A stretch of 64,000 nt of DNA from Eledone cirrhosa (Eukaryota): contig OZ024749.1 in assembly GCA_964016885.1 (NCBI GenBank), positions 52,452,001 through 52,516,000 of the forward strand, in the 5' to 3' direction. Made by a program: the position numbers and the translations under genes. The notes under the pieces were generated by a model, which was not told where the DNA came from, made no database searches, and saw only the letters and a list, made by a program, of their open reading frames with translations. Shown piece after piece: positions 51,053-64,000 of the stretch (the stretch's first letter is position 1; the number at the start of each line of letters is the position of its first letter).

Positions 51053-51083
<31 letters not shown>

Positions 51084-51147
51084 CACTCTCACTATTACTG
51101 GTTTCACTCATCAGACAGCGCACATGCTGGGGCACCGCCTATACACT

Positions 51148-51202
<55 letters not shown>

Positions 51203-53093
51203 ATATGTGTGTGTGTAATCTTATGACCAGGCATAGAGGGGGTGATAGTGGACAGCACCAATTCACACTGAACGAGGAATCCTCTATGTACGTAATGGTT
51301 GGACCTGCTAGAAATAGCAGCAGGATATCCCTCAAACCATTCTATACCGCATTTAAAAGAGAAATAAAAGAGATATCCTGAACAATGTAGTCCTAGATAC
51401 AGTGTTTAAAATCAAGGCTGGGTGCTCACGTCTGGGACCTCTTTGATCACAGGACTGTCCGATCGGGTCTGACCTGGGGCTAAACAACAACGAAGAATGG
51501 TGAAAGCTAATTATAATGATGGCTTTTAATTATTATGATGACTTCTAAGGACCTCCTTGATAGCAGACCGATAACATTAAGCAGATTATATAGCAATATC
51601 CTGACAGTGTTTGGAATCCATTGATTTTGATAACAGTATTTGTGATTATAATAAGCGGCTTCCACTGTACTTTAACCCGATTCTATGACTCTTCCTTTTA
51701 AATTATCCATATTTAAATAATGTTATGGAAGAAATTTCTTCTTAAATTATCTGCTAAAGTCCAGCTTATTAAATATGTTTAATTGTTTTAGTAAATCCCT
51801 GCAAGCTGTTGATTATTTACAAAATTAATTAATTAAACTGGCCGAGTATTTCGTTATAAATATGTTAATGAAAGGGTTAATTGATATCTATTGATCCCTG
51901 TATTGGTGGTGATGATGGTGATGGTGGTGGTGTGAAAATCAATCAATCGAACTATTTATTAAACACAATAAATATAAGTTTTTCGTTTATTGTTTGTTAG
52001 TACCATATCTAAAATGTACTCAGTACTTTTTTGTATACATTGGTATATGTATGTATGTATGTATGTACACGTTTGTATGTGTATATATGAACATGGGTTA
52101 TCAATGTATATGTATGTATGTGTATATATGAACATGGGTTATCAATGTATATGTATGTATGTACATGTTTGTATGTGTAGCAATGTATATGTATGTACAC
52201 GTTATATGAACACATTAATTTATGTGTATACATGAACACGTTAATGTATATATGGACATATCAATATATGTGTATACACGAACGCAACAACAATGTATGT
52301 GTATACACGAACACGTTAACAATGTATGTATATATATGAACACACATTATCGATGTATGTGTATAGTATTTATTGATTTATTCAATTTAAACGTCCGTAA
52401 AGAGCTAGTAAGCCATGGCAGACTAGGGGAAGTATCGAATACTCTATACAGTGTATGTATGTGTACTGTAAACGCTATCCCTCGCCTGGTGTATACATCC
52501 GTGGATGTAGATATATGCATGCATGTGTATGTCTGCCAAAATCACTTCTATGTATATGTATTTGTATGTGCGCCAAAGCCACTTGTGTGTGTATGTGTGT
52601 ACCAAAGCCACATGTATATGCATATATGTATGTATGCATGTGTATATGCCAAATTCACTTGTAAGTCACACTACAATATCAGTCAACAAGCCGTGATAAT
52701 ACAATATCTTTCGGAATCAACTCTTCAGTCTTGTTTCTTAAAGTGTCCTCTTGCTATCTGTAAAATAATCTCTTCACAGTTAGTTGTTCTCTTTAAATTC
52801 ACATTATTATCTCTACTAGTACACAACCCGTCGTGTACTTGTAGTTAAAATAGATGTAATATCCGTATTTATATTCACCAAACTTTAACAGTTATGTTTG
52901 TGGATTATATTTTATAACTGAAGATGGAGTGACTAGAATAGACACAGAGGGTCAAACATAAGTCATTGAGAAGGTGACAGGATGTGTGACGAAGGATCTT
53001 CGACAATTAAATAACCATCTGGTTACTAAAGCAACTGAGGAATGGATTAGTTACCTGACTAGTGATATAACTGAAGTGAAACTCAACTGATGT

Positions 53094-53320
53094 CTGTGTG
53101 GCCTAGTGGTTAAGGTGTTGGACTTATGAACACCCTGTCGTGGGTTCAATTCCTGGACTGGGTTGTGTGTTGTGTTCTTGAGCAAAGCACTTCATTTCAT
53201 GTTGCTCCAGTATACTCAACTAAAAATAAGTACCAGCAGCAATAGCTGGAGGTTTAACCCTGCGATGGACTGGCGTCCTGTCCAGGGGTGGGGTGGAGTC
53301 TTGTATTCTCAATCGCTTCA
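53094..53320 (+). mobile_element. tRNA-derived SINE (related copies at 33645-33770, 47160-47420 minus, 28230-28368 minus)
   Basis: TGGCCTAGTGG A box and GGTTCAATTCC B box, followed by tgtgttcttgagcaaagcact. Confidence 0.65.
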
Positions 53321-55009
53321 CATACATTATCTAATGTATCCTTCCTTACCTTGCTGAAAACAATAAAATGAGGGAGATTCCGCTACTATGTTTAGCAGGT
53401 TGAGGAGCTATATTTCGTTTATTCATGGCAGTATTGGTTACATAGCACTTTTGTTTTCATAGTAACAAACACTTGTGAGAATACATACAGCCTTCCATAT
53501 TTTTTACAATTCTAATGGTGCTGGTGGTGGTGGTGGTGAAGGTGGTGATGGGGAAGTGGTGGTGGTGAAGGTGGTGATGGGGAAGTGGTGGTGGTGAAGG
53601 TGGTGATGGGGAAGTGGTCCTTCACTAAACAAGGAAAAACGTGGAAAAATGGATTGGTAAAAGAAAAAAAAAAACTGCTGTTTTGGTTCCAGGAATCATT
53701 GAAGTCAGTGAACTGATTGGAGATTGCGATGAAAAGCTGTGAATAAATTGTTGTTATAATAGGACAGGAAATCTTTTTCTTTCTTTTTTTTTCCGAATGA
53801 AAACAGACCCTGCTAAGGTAAGACATGGACATTACATCATAGAACCTAACTTTAGATAGCAAAATATAGGAACACATAATACAGAGGTGGTGGTGGTGGT
53901 GTAGGTGGGGTGGTGGTGTAGGAGGGGTGGTGGTGGTGGTGTAGGGGTGGGGGGAATATCATAATAAATAAACAAATATATATTCATGGATTCTGTTTTT
54001 CCTATGACTAGAATATACAGGGGTGGGGTGTAGGGTGGGTGGTGGTGTAGAGGGTGAGTGTAGGGTGGTGTAGAGGGTGGGTGTAGGGTGGTGGTGGTGT
54101 AGAGGGTGAGTGTAGGGTGGTGTAGAGGGTGGGTGTAGGGTGAATTTGGGAATATAAAAATAAATAAATATATTCATGGATTCTGTAGAATATTTTTTTC
54201 TCTCCAGTTCTTCGTTTTAATGTTTCGTTCATTGACTTAGTTTGGAAACTTATTGAACTAAAACAGACTTTTTTTACCTCCTTTCTCGTTCCATCATATC
54301 GCATACATTATAGGGGAGTTAACTTAAACCACTTTACAATTACACACACTGTGTGAAGGTGTGTTTACAATGAATGTGTCTGTGTGTATGTATGTGTGTA
54401 TGTTTATAGCGTACAATGTGCAATCCTGCATGCAATGTATGCACACACACGCACTCACATACTCACACACACTCATACACACACACACATACAGATGTTA
54501 CTTAAACACCAAGTTTCTCATGATAGAGTCTAAAGAATGGGATTTTTGCCAGTTGCCTTAGAATAAACAAGAACTCTATCACAATTGTGCACCACATGTG
54601 TGCATGTGTATGCAACATACATGCATTCCAACTTACATGCAAACTTTATTTAGCTGCAAATATCTCGTGATAGAGAAAATAAAAGGTTCTTGACTTCTGA
54701 TGTAGTTGAAGGGACACGGGTTATTTTGGGCTTTTTAAACCCGGTGAAGCTTATTCCTCTCCGGGGCTGAATATAGTTGATTTCTTTCAGAGAGAGTTAT
54801 AGTGATATAGAGGGAGGAGAGAGAGTGATATAGAGATAGAGATAAATATAGAGTGATATATATATATATAGAGAGAGTGATAGAGAGATAGAGATAAATA
54901 TAGAGAGAGATAGAGATAAATATAGAGTGATAGAGAGATAGAGATAAATATAGAATGATAGAGAGAGAGAGAGGAGAGAGAGTGATATAGAGATAGAGAT
55001 AAATATAGA

Positions 55010-55054
<45 letters not shown>

Positions 55055-55399
55055 TGATAGAGATAAATATAGAGAGAGATAGAGATAAATATAGAGTGAT
55101 ATAGAGATAGAGATAAATATAGAGTGATAGAGAGATAGAGATAAATATAGAATGATATAGAGAGAGGAGAGAGAGTGAGATAGAGATAGAGATAAATATA
55201 GTGACATGGTGAAAAGGTTCCCAGTCCACACTATAAATGTGGTGGCTGTTAGGAAGGGCATCCAGCTGTAAAAAAAAAAACCTGCCAGTAACGCTTCTGT
55301 GCGAGCGAGACATGGTCTCCCGACCATTCCCGCATCAAATAGAACAAAACCTTCTAACCCATGCTAGCGTGGAAGATGGACGTTAAACGATGATGATGA

Positions 55400-55440
<41 letters not shown>

Positions 55441-55446
<6 letters not shown>

Positions 55447-55769
55447 TTCAAAATATTAACAAAATAGATATTCGTGTGATCAAGTATATTTTATTATACA
55501 CATTTCAGAGGTACTGAGTTAACTTCAACAGTACGTCCTCATCAGATAAAATAAGGTGATGCATGACATGCCCTAACATAGTAGATGGTTAAGATTCATG
55601 ACTACCATGACTGAATCTTAACCATCTACTATGTCAGGGCATGTCATGCATCATCTTATTTTATCTGATGAGGACGTACTGTTGAAGTTAACTCAGTACC
55701 TCTGAAATGTGTATAATAAAATATACTTGATCACAGGAATATCTATTTTGTTAATATTTTGAATTAATA
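55441..55769. mobile_element. Near-perfect 329-bp palindrome with a hammerhead motif on each arm (55487-55553 minus; 55657-55723 plus)
   Basis: Arms of about 158 bp with a 13-nt spacer, flanked by (TA)n. Each arm reads tattttat CTGATGA..GTACTG..CAGTAC..GAAA TGTGTA TA ataaaata. Confidence 0.78.
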
Positions 55770-55913
55770 TTATATATATATATGTATATATATGCAAAAG
55801 TTCTATTTAAATTGTTGGGATACAACAAGCAATCTATCCCGATGTCTCCCAAAAGTAACGGTTGCATTTTGTAAGGGTATGTCAATATTTATTTATAAAA
55901 CTGGTATATATTG

Positions 55914-55978
55914 TATTTTGTCTGATGAAAGCATACCATAATTTAACATGGTATCCTTGAAATATGTATAATAAAATA
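55914..55978 (+). ncRNA. Minimal type I hammerhead ribozyme motif in a Penelope-like non-autonomous element (about 55800-56020)
   Basis: tattttgt CTGATGA AAGcATACCAT-loop-ATGGTATcCTT GAAA T-ATGT-A TA ataaaata: stem I of 8 bp, stem II and a minimal stem III. Confidence 0.8.
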
Positions 55979-56606
55979 GATATGGTTTTATAAATATAGT
56001 TTCCATTTGTTAATATCGTATGTATATATATATATATATGTACACACACACCATGACATATTACTTAGCAGTTGCCTTGTACTAATGAAATAAATGGTAA
56101 CTCTTATTGTCTTTTATATTTCCAGGCTAGAATGTTCTCTTATATGCCAACTGTTGTTTATATGAAGAAATGAAGAAAGTTCCATTATTTCTCACTGTAA
56201 TAAAACAACTGGCAGTTCCGAGAACCCTCTGGGAAATTAAAGCTATACTCTTCATCTAAATTTGTGATGGAACACTTTATTTTGGACCAGTTTCTGGTAG
56301 TAGCATTACTTATGTGGTGATGGTGATGGTAGTGGTGGGGTCATTGGTGGTGGTGATGGGGGGGGGGGGGGGGGGGGGTTATTGGTGGTGGTGAGGGGGG
56401 TTATTGGTGGTGGTGAGGGAGGTTATTGAGGGTGATGGTGTGGTATTGGTGGTGGTGTATTGGTGGTGGTATTGGTGTTCGTGGTGGTGGTGGGGGGGGA
56501 TTATTGGTGGTGGTAGGGTTATTAGTGGTGGGGGTGAGGCGTTATTGGTAGTGGTATTGGTGGTGGTGGGGTTATTGGTGGTGTATTCATACATCTCATG
56601 CTGGTA

Positions 56607-57567
56607 TTGTGATATTATCACAGTGGTAATATCCATCTAATGGTCACTGTGATATTATCACAGTGGTAATATCCATCTAATGGTCACTGTGATATTATCA
56701 CAGTGGTAATATCCATCTAATGGTCACTGTGATATTATCACAGTGGTAATATCAATCTAATGGTCACTGTGATATTATCACAGTGGTAATATCCATCTAA
56801 TGGTCACTGTGATATTATCACAGTGGTAATATCCATCTAATGGTCACTGTGATATTATCACAGTGGTAATATCCATCTAATGGTCACTGTGATATTATCA
56901 CAGTGGTAATATCCATCTAATGGTCACTGTGATATTATCACAGTGGTAATATCCATCTAATGGTCACTGTGATATTATCACAGTGGTAATATCCATCTAA
57001 TGGTCACTGTGATATTATCACAGTGGTAATATCCATCTAATGGTCACTGTGATATTATCACAGTGGTAATATCCATCTAATGGTCACTGTGATATTATCA
57101 CAGTGGTAATATCAATCTAATGGTCACAGTGGTAATATCACAGTGGTAATATCCATCTAATGGTCACTGTGATATTATCACAGTGGTAATATCAATCTAA
57201 TGGTCACAGTGGTAATATCACAGTGGTAATATCCATCTAATGGTCACTGTGATATTATCACAGTGGTAATATCCATCTAATGGTCACAGTGGTAATATCA
57301 CAGTGGTAATATCCATCTAATGGTCACTGTGATATTATCACAGTGGTAATATCCATCTAATGGTCACTGTGATATTATCACAGTGGTAATATCCATCTAA
57401 TGGTCACTGTGATATTATCACAGTGGTAATATCCATCTAATGGTCACTGTGATAATATCACAGTGGTAATATCCATCTAATGGTCACTGTGATATTATCA
57501 CAGTGGTAATATCAATCTAATGGTCACTGTGATATTATCACAGTGGTAATATCAATCTAGTGGTCAC
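56607..57567. repeat. 40-bp minisatellite, about 24 highly homogeneous copies
   Basis: Unit TGTGATATTATCACAGTGGTAATATCCATCTAATGGTCAC. Confidence 0.95.
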
Positions 57568-60148
57568 TTCCTTTACAATGACCAGTCCCTTTACATTCAG
57601 TATTGAACCACTATCCCTGAGGTATATTTTGACCACACATTTTCCAATTAGCAAAGAAGGTTTCTGTGTGTGTGTGTGTGTATTTATCTAAATTAATAAT
57701 TGATTCTACTTTTGGCACAAGGCCAGCAATTACTCCAGTGCATTACTGGTATTTTATTTTATCGACCCTGTAATGATGAAAGGCAAAGTTAACCTCGGCG
57801 GGATTTGAACTCAGAACGTAAAGGGACGTAACTCTATGCGTCAAAGCATGGCGTCCGACCCTCTACCGATACTGCCAACCCACAAATTAACAATACATGG
57901 TGTTTTCCCTGATGTTTTCTGATTTTATTTCATCATTCCCTCCTCTTATTCTTCTTCTTCATATTCTCCCCCTACTCCTCCTCCACCTTTCTCTCTCCCA
58001 CTCTCTCTCTCTCTCTCCAGCGGAAACACTTATTGCATGCTGACTTCACTTACCACTAAAAGGAAAGATAGTCGCATACACATACTACACAGATATACAC
58101 ACACCATACCACATACATACTCATACATAGACATATACATACACCACATACACACACTCCCCCTCTCCCCCCCCCCCCCCCATATTTTAGACTATCTCAA
58201 CTGTAAACTAAATAAATATAATCCCATATGTTCTGTCTGAAAATGAACTTGGCTGATTTTAGTCAGACACTGAAACAACAACAACAACAACAACAAACTA
58301 CAACAACAACAACAACAAACTACAACTACAACAACTACAACAACAAACAACTACAACAACAAACTACAACTACAACAATAAGGACCATAGAAATGGCATC
58401 ATCATCATAGTCAGACACTACTACAAGTACAATAATAACTACAACTACAACAATAGCAACAAAACAACTACAACAACAACAACAGAAACAAGGACCATCA
58501 TCATCATCATCAACATTATTGTATATAATTGGCAGAATCTGTAGAGGGTCGGACGCCATGCTTTGTAACATAGAGTTACGTCCCTTTACGGTCTGAGTTC
58601 AAATCCCGTCGAGGTTAACTTTGCCTTTCATCCTTACGGGGTCGATAAAATAAAGTACCAGTAATGTACTGGGATAATTGCTGGCCTTGTGCCAAAAGTA
58701 GAAACAATTATTGCATATAATCCACCCCCCTACAAATAATAATAATTATTATTATTTCTATTTTTGGCACAAGGCCAGCAATTATCCCAGTGTATTACTG
58801 GTACTTTATTTTTATCGACCCCGTAAGGATGAAAAGTAAAGTTAACCTCGGTGGTGTGAGGAGAGGATATATTTACAGATGAGGTGGAGTGACTGTTCCA
58901 GCATGACCCCCCCCCCTCCTTCACTGTCCCCCAAGGTAATATATCCCCCCATCCTGTGGGCCGGGACCCAGAAGTGAAGGGTGGGTTAGAGGTGGAGGAT
59001 ACTGGTTCAGATGTCATTTTCTCTGTTTCTTTATATCCGGATGGTCCTTCTGAGGCTTTATTGGACATTTCTATGTTCAGAGTCATAGGGGTATACACAT
59101 ACTCACATTCATACACACACACATACATACATACACACATACAGACGTACATTCACACACATACATACATACACACACATTCACACACACATACATATAC
59201 ACCCACATTCATTCATATATACACACAAACATTCATACACACACACACATTCATTCATACACACACACATACAGACGTACATTCACACACTTACATACAC
59301 ACACTTACATAGACACACATACATATACACCCACATTCATTCATATATACACATTCATTCATACACACACACACATACAGACGTACATTCACACATACAT
59401 ACACATACATCATACACACACACACATACATACACCCACATTCATACCCACATACACACACATGTAAATATGAGGGAAGGTTTTTTTAGATATAATATAT
59501 ATATATATAAACACATAAGATAGAAGGAAGGGCTGTTTGAGGCGGTTTGATATCAAAAGAGTTAATTAAAGCCCTTTTGTGAGCTGTCAGTGTCTGGTGG
59601 AAGAGTTCTGACATTACTGCCTCTTGTTAAATAGAAGAAAGGGAGAAGATGTCTTGCTCAGCCAGACATTTGCCAAACTGGAACCTGCGAGTTTTTCTTA
59701 GTTATTGTGTTGTGTTGATAATATACAATAATGATTGACTTTGTTACAGCTGAGGGTGGTGGTGGTGTGGGTAGTGGTGGTAGGTGGTGGTGGTAGGTGG
59801 TGGTGGTGGTGTGGGTAGTGGTGGTGGTGGTGGTGTGGGTAGTGGTGGTAGGTGGTGGTGGTGGTGTGGGTAGTGGATCGATGGTGGTGGTGTGGGTGGT
59901 GGATCGATGGTGGTGGTGTGGGTAGTGGATCGGTGGTGGTGTGGGTAGTGGGTCGATGGTGGTGGTGTGGATGGTTATGGTAGTGACAGTGGTAGGTGGT
60001 GTGGACAGTGGCAGTAGGGGTGTGGGTGGTGGTGGTGGGGATATATGGAAAGATAGAGAAGATATAGTCTTTTTCTCCCCATTTTCATTACTTTGCTATA
60101 TGATGGAATCTGAATATCCCACAATGGATAGGTTCCCGTATAAATTTG

Positions 60149-60192
<44 letters not shown>

Positions 60193-60293
60193 CAAATTTA
60201 TACAGACGTACAGACTCTCCGGGAGCTTCCAACAGAATTGGTCGCATTCTTTAAGGGTATGTCAATATTTATTTATAAACCTGCTCTATATTA

Positions 60294-60358
60294 TATTTTA
60301 TCTGATGAAAGCACACCATAATTAAACTTGGTGTCCTTGAAATATGTATAATGAAATA
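60294..60358 (+). ncRNA. Minimal type I hammerhead ribozyme motif, second copy of the same element (about 60190-60400)
   Basis: tattttat CTGATGA AAGcACACCA-loop-TGGTGTcCTT GAAA TATGTA TA atgaaata. It shows a compensatory change relative to the 55914 copy. Confidence 0.8.
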
Positions 60359-60399
60359 AATATGGTTTTATAAATATAGTTTCCATTTGTTAATATATC

Positions 60400-60445
<46 letters not shown>

Positions 60446-60547
60446 TCATATATATATACATATATGAAAGCACCCGTACAAATGCATGTACGCACACACA
60501 ATTATTATTTGTATACATGAATGCATTCCTGTGTGATTATATATATA

Positions 60548-60612
<65 letters not shown>

Positions 60613-60881
60613 GTATGTATATATGCGTGTGTGTATGTATATATGCGTGTGTGTATGTATATATGTGTGTGTATATGTATGTATATATGTGTGTGTATAT
60701 GTATGTATATATGTGTAGATATATATGTTTGTGCGTATATATATGTGTGTATATATATATATATGTGTATATATATATATGTTTGTGTGTATATATGTAT
60801 ATGATTGTGTGTGTATATATATATATATATATATGTTTGTGTGTATATATATATATGTTTGTGTGTGTGTATATTTATGTT

Positions 60882-60912
<31 letters not shown>

Positions 60913-61719
60913 GTTTGTGTGTGTATATATATGTGTATATATATATATGTATGTATGTATATGTGTGTGTATTCTCCCAATATTTTCCTATATTCTATTG
61001 GTCATGTTTTTTCCCCATCTTTCTACCTGTTCTACTCTTTAACAACGCCTCACTTAACCCAATATTATTATTTAGGGATTTCCTCCTCGCCCCCTTCACC
61101 TGCTCCTACTATCCCCTCCTCATCTACTGTCCCCTACCCCCATAGATCCCTTTCTATTCTCTCTTTTAAGGCTCCCTCTTTTCCGTCATACATACACACA
61201 CAGCATGCATACACACACATAAACACACACATGAACACATACACACACATACCCCCACACACACCCATACACACATTTATAGCCACATACACATACTCAC
61301 ACACAATATACACATACCCACATACACACAAAAACACACACAAACACACACACACACAAACACACTCATATACACATATACACATACCCATATACACACA
61401 CACATATACACATACACACATGTCTTCTTTTTATTTCTATTTTCTGTTTTCTTTCGTTACAGATTCCACTTTCCTTTTTCTTTTTACCACCTAATCCTGC
61501 TGGGGTCGATAAAATAAAGTACCAGTAATACACTGGGATAATTGGTGGCCTTGTGCCAAAAGTAGAAACAATTATTATTAATATTATTCTAACTCTGATA
61601 TAACCCGAGGCTGGATCTCTCCAACTCCCTTATGGCACATAGTAAAACAATAATAATAACATTTCTTTCTCCTTTTTTAAGCCTTAAAGGTATTTGTGCA
61701 AATGTGTGTGAATGCACGT

Positions 61720-63686
61720 GTGAGTGTGTATATGTATGTCTGTGTGAGTGTGTATGACTGTATATATGTATGTGAGCATGTATATGTATGTCTGTGTGAG
61801 TGTGTATGACTGTATATATGTATGTGAGCATGTATATGTATGTCTGTGTGAGTGTGTATGACTGTATATATGTATGTGAGCATGTATATGTATGTCTGTG
61901 TGAGTGTGTATGACTGTGTCTATGTATATATGTATGTGAGCGTGTATATGTATGTCTGTGTGAGTGTGTATGACTGTGTCTATGTATATATGTATGTGAG
62001 CATGTATATGTATGTCTGTGAGTGTGTATGACTGTCTATGTATATATGTATGTGAGCATGTATATGTATGTCTGTGTGAGTGTGTATGACTGTATGACTG
62101 TATATATGTATGTGAGCGTGTATATGTATGTCTGTGTGAGTGTGTATGACTGTGTCTATGTATATATGTATGTGAGCGTGTATATGTATGTCTGTGAGTG
62201 TGTATGACTGTGTCTATGTATATATGTATGTGAGCATGTATATGTATGTCTGTGAGTGTGTATGACTGTGTCTATGTATATATGTATGTGAGCGTGTATA
62301 TGTATGTCTGTGTGAGTGTGTATGACTGTGTCTATGTATATATGTATGTGAGCGTGTATATGTATGTCTGTGTGAGTGTGTATGACTGTGTCTATGTATA
62401 TATGTATGTGAGCGTGTATATGTATGTCTGTGTGAGTGTGTATGACTGTGTCTATGTATATATGTATGTGAGCGTGTATATGTATGTCTGTGTGAGTGTG
62501 TATGACTGTGTCTATGTATATATGTATGTGAGCATGTATATGTATGTCTGTGTGAGTGTGTATGACTGTGTCTATGTATATATGTATGTGAGCGTGTATA
62601 TGTATGTCTGTGTGAGTGTGTATGACTGTGTCTATGTATATATGTATGTGAGCATGTATATGTATGTCTGTGTGAGTGTGTATGACTGTGTCTATGTATA
62701 TATGTATGTGAGCGTGTATATGTATGTCTGTGTGAGTGTGTATGACTGTATGACTGTATATATGTATGTGAGCATGTATATGTATGTCTGTGTGAGTGTG
62801 TATGACTGTATGACTGTATATATGTATGTGAGCGTGTATATGTATGTCTGTGTGAGTGTGTATGACTGTGTCTATGTATATATGTATGTGAGCGTGTATA
62901 TGTATGTCTGTGTGAGTGTGTATGACTGTGTCTATGTATATATGTATGTGAGCGTGTATATGTATGTCTGTGTGAGTGTGTATGACTGTGTCTATGTATA
63001 TATGTATGTGAGCGTGTATATGTATGTCTGTGTGAGTGTGTATGACTGTGTCTATGTATATATGTATGTGAGCGTGTATATGTATGTCTGTGTGAGTGTG
63101 TATGACTGTGTCTATGTATATATGTATGTGAGCATGTATATGTATGTCTGTGAGTGTGTATGACTGTGTCTATGTATATATGTATGTGAGCGTGTATATG
63201 TATGTCTGTGTGAGTGTGTATGACTGTATGACTGTATATATGTATGTGAGCGTGTATATGTATGTCTGTGTGAGTGTGTATGACTGTGTCTATGTATATA
63301 TGTATGTGAGCGTGTATATGTATGTCTGTGTGAGTGTGTATGACTGTCTATGTATATATGTATGTGAGCGTGTATATGTATGTCTGTGTGAGTGTGTATG
63401 ACTGTGTCTATGTATATATGTATGTGAGCGTGTATATGTATGTCTGTGTGAGTGTGTATGACTGTGTCTATGTATATATGTATGTGAGCATGTATATGTA
63501 TGTCTGTGAGTGTGTATGACTGTGTCTATGTATATATGTATGTGAGCGTGTATATGTATGTCTGTGTGAGTGTGTATGACTGTATGACTGTATATATGTA
63601 TGTGAGCGTGTATATGTATGTCTGTGTGAGTGTGTATGACTGTATGACTGTATATATGTATGTGAGCGTGTATATGTATGTCTGTG
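61720..63686. repeat. About 60-bp minisatellite
   Basis: Unit tatgtatgtgagcgtgtatatgtatgtctgtgtgagtgtgtatgactgtgtctatgtata, repeated in register across lines. Confidence 0.95.
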
Positions 63687-64000
63687 AAAGAACTGTTTAT
63701 ATTTCTCACATTCCCTAACATAGTTTCATTTAAGGGAGTATATATATATATGTATATATATATATATAATATATATATATATATAATATATATATATATA
63801 TATAATATATATATATATAATATATATATATATACATATAGAGAGAGAGAGAGAGACCCCTGTCTCCGCAAAAGATTGAGCAAAAGCAATATATATATAT
63901 ATAAATACACACACACAACACATATATATATATATATAATATATATATATAAATACACACACACATACACATATATATATATATATAATATATATATATA

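Noticed and set aside
56125-56180. Candidate RYK exon 2 after tttccag
   Set aside because: Phase-1 reading gives an immediate TAG, and there is no AELYYV-like WIF continuation here or elsewhere in the window.
56607-57567. CRISPR-like regular repeat
   Set aside because: The units are contiguous with no unique spacers, the context is eukaryotic, and there are no cas genes.
62246-63163. 305-aa ORF and the many [12 protein letters not shown] ORFs
   Set aside because: They are translations of micro- and minisatellites with no protein-like composition or splice support.

Overview
Eukaryotic animal genomic DNA. It is AT-rich, full of (TA)n/(CA)n/(ATG)n microsatellites, and carries tRNA-derived SINEs and spliceosomal introns; it is most likely an octopus (coleoid cephalopod), which is an inference from repeat style only. 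Almost all ORF-track entries are microsatellite artefacts. I assembled four genes by hand with consistent intron phases: RNF207 (minus, 15 coding exons, 672 aa), an ADP-ribosylglycohydrolase/J1-crystallin/SelJ-like gene (minus, 6 exons, 431 aa), CWC15 (minus, 6 exons, 219 aa), and the first coding exon of a RYK/Derailed-like WIF-domain receptor (plus). The most notable non-genic signal is a dense, diverse set of small (TA)n-embedded elements carrying minimal type I hammerhead-ribozyme cores (CTGATGA...GAAA...UH). These often sit in inverted repeats, several families share a TATTGAGTAC tail motif, and one pair shows a compensatory stem II change. They look like non-autonomous Penelope-like or retrozyme-type retroelements. 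The window also contains Tc1/mariner and piggyBac MITEs, a Helitron, RTE/CRE/CR1-type LINE fragments and several minisatellites.
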